Origin: Antedon mediterranea
Lineage: Eukaryota; Animalia; Echinodermata
NCBI RefSeq assembly: GCF_964355755.1
Contig: NC_092672.1
Span: 11,966,001 to 12,030,000 of the forward strand
DNA length: 64,000 bases
Direction of reading: 5' to 3'
Shown: piece after piece, positions 61,901 through 64,000 of the stretch
How positions within the stretch are numbered: the first letter of the stretch is position 1
How the letters are laid out: every line of letters begins with the position of its first letter
Position numbers and translations under genes: made by a program
The notes under the pieces: model-generated
What the model saw: the letters and a program-made list of their open reading frames with translations, nothing else
The model's database searches: none
Told to the model about the DNA's origin: nothing

Positions 61901-63347
61901 ATTGTAAAGATTTATTTTTGAATACACATTTTAGAAAGGGCATTGTCCGGAAGCCCTATTTCTGGTAAAATGTTACTGTTTCATTGCATTTTTAATCGCG
62001 TGGACGCGACTCTATAGTTCCCTATGTCGGTCGGTCGGTCGGTCGGTCTGTCGGTCGGTCCGGTATCACTATGCGTTTTATCGCTTTTCTGTACTTTTTG
62101 AACTGTTTTGATGTACAGAAAAGTTTTAAAGTACATTACTTTTTGAAAGTTCATTTTTTTCTGAGAGCACGCGACTTATGGCTGTTGGCCTTGTTTATAT
62201 TTATTTTACGTTATTTTTGTTCATTTTTTTAGGATAGTAAATAACTTTATTAACATTACGAAATAACCAATTCAATGTTTGATTTTATCAATAATCTGAG
62301 TTGTTCATGTTTTGCGAGAACAACTAAAACAAGAAAAATAGTACAATAATGATGAAGATTTCCAAATACTAAAAAATGACAAGACATCTATATTGACTAT
62401 TGTAATATTAATTCAAATCGCTGGCTCAACAAAGAACTTGTCAACATTACATTGTAGACAGAAATGTGAACTTCAAATTATGACGTTATACATTATAATT
62501 GTTACCGTATAGTACACTATTTTAATAAGATAATAACATTTTTTACCAGCGTTCATACTCTATAATGTTTTATCAATCTGTGTTTACAGACGTTACAACA
62601 TACAATTCACGGTTATACATTAAAAACCAAAATCTTACTTCAGTAAAAGTAATACACAGTGTTGTTTTTCCAATTCCTTGCAACTGTTCTTGCAAATCCC
62701 CCCATTTTAATGGAATACTTCTCACCATGGCCTTCATGTAACGACCAACGTTTCTCCTTAGTTGTTTTATACCTTCATGCGATTTTACAGTGTTATCCAC
62801 CATGTACATCTCACGATCTACATGGTCGGCATATGGCATTCCTTCCATATTTTCAAACATTTTACGAAACTTATCCTCCACTTCCTTTAATAAAAAGTGT
62901 TTTCATAATTACATGCTATAACAACAACAAGAATGTAATTATTCTTACAAACTGTTATTTCATATTCTGATTTGAATAAGTATAACCGATAATTAAACTT
63001 AATACACGATTTAATTTGAGGACCGTAGGCTACGCTATTTATATTTCATCACTGTATCGGTTTTAACTAATTCAGCCCTAATATCCTGTCCGTGTATACC
63101 ACATACCGTTGCAAGATTGTAAGCTTATTTAATGTTAATGTACGTCTGTTACCTTGATCCAATTTTTTGATTTTGACTTTTTACGAAATGTGTCCATATG
63201 TGTAGCAACCAAACAGATAGGAGGTGACTCGATGATCTTGCCATCAATTTCAATGGGACTTCCTGGACCATGTTGTTTCACAGTATGTTCATAAATGGAC
63301 CTTATCCAGAACATATTCATTTCCAAATTAGTCATTCCTAGTAAACT
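55974..63347 (-). CDS. ROC-COR-tandem DED paralogue, copy 2 (5' part beyond the window). Exons: 63153-63347, 62639-62884, 61634-61828, 58639-58800, 58227-58529, 57682-57762, 57381-57585, 57082-57138, 56880-56939, 55974-56518
   Basis: Exon-for-exon homology with copy 1 (PPICLVATHMD, MVRSIPLKW, YLNDIGVIMY, LCIACHTAEHIHLH), GT-AG boundaries and consistent phases, no stops seen. Confidence 0.88.
58894..61565 (+). mobile_element. 5'-truncated L1/Tx1-clade LINE in an intron of copy 2
   Basis: Open ORF2 C-terminus to 60268 (LGIYVG..., YSQGGLKMVEF, CDTCNVIENDKHMLVEC zinc finger), long A-rich 3' UTR, poly-A, TSD aaaacaactaaaacg (58879-58893 and 61566-61580). Confidence 0.9.
61989..62194 (+). mobile_element. 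Short HINE-like element in an intron of copy 2
   Basis: Same termini and (GTCG)n tract as the 34330 copy; absent from the paralogous intron at ~12046-12060. Confidence 0.85.
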
Positions 63348-64000
63348 CTAAAATCATAAATAGATGCAATCTTACAAATTAAGCTAAAAATATTCTAAAT
63401 ATTAAACATTATTAGCAAATACAACGAACAATATGTGAGAAAAACATATAATTGTCTACCAGTTTCCAGGAAGGTTCAAGAAGTCGGCAAATATACCACT
63501 TTCATCTAACGCCCGTATTCTTAAACCTGACTTTAGTCGTAGTACGAGCTAAAACTAAAAAAATGACGTCATTTTAATTCATAAACCGAACTTCAACTAA
63601 ATCACCGACTAAATCAAGCCAACCTCGACTAAATCGAGACGGATTTTGATCGATTTTTTTAGTCCTGGAGGGGCAGGCTAAATTGTCGACTAAATGGTTT
63701 TTAAACGATTTTTATAAAAAACGTAACAGTCACTGAGTTGTTGTATTGGCCAGATATTGAAGAATGAAATATCTATATTTATATTAGCTTAATTAAATAT
63801 ACATTGGTATAAGTTATAATAATGAAAATCATCTTTATTTACAACTGTATACAAATTACATTATTTTCTTCGCGCAAGTCCGACTTGAACTACGTCACGC
63901 CATAGCGACAATGGGAGATGCGGCAATTCACCACGCGATGGAATGTTTGGGAAATATGACCGTTATCGCGAAATTTTCGACTTCGCATGACGTCATTAAT

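Noticed and set aside
63420-64000. Probable DNA-transposon end with repeated cgactaaat motifs in a copy 2 intron
   Set aside because: The other terminus is outside the window, so it cannot be classified.

Overview
AT-rich, intron-rich animal DNA. A Deu/Nin-type SINE and the DIRS, BEL and Penelope content suggest an invertebrate deuterostome, possibly an echinoderm (inference). The host content is two tandem minus-strand paralogues of an unusual kinase-less ROCO gene. Copy 1 (ATG at 28139, stop at 8991, about 1208 aa by manual splicing, assuming one 1-nt frameshift is repaired) reads N-cap + ankyrin repeats - ROC GTPase with a large Ser/acidic insert - COR - Cys/His motif - tandem death-effector-like domains (tDED). 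Each ankyrin repeat is its own phase 0-0 exon inside a tandem exon+intron array, and variation is concentrated in the predicted binding-face codons. Copy 2 (55974 to beyond 64000) is near-identical in ROC/COR but has a very divergent tDED exon. This resembles a modular, diversifying sensor-switch-effector immune/cell-death receptor family (inference). The rest is dense in mobile elements: a DIRS, an internally deleted BEL/Pao inserted at a splice acceptor of copy 1, a very young Gypsy nested in two DNA elements, an inverted Penelope pair with hammerhead-like motifs, Tx1/L1, L2/CR1 and RTE fragments, Helentron-type non-autonomous elements, MITEs and a SINE. All gene models and alignments were made by eye.
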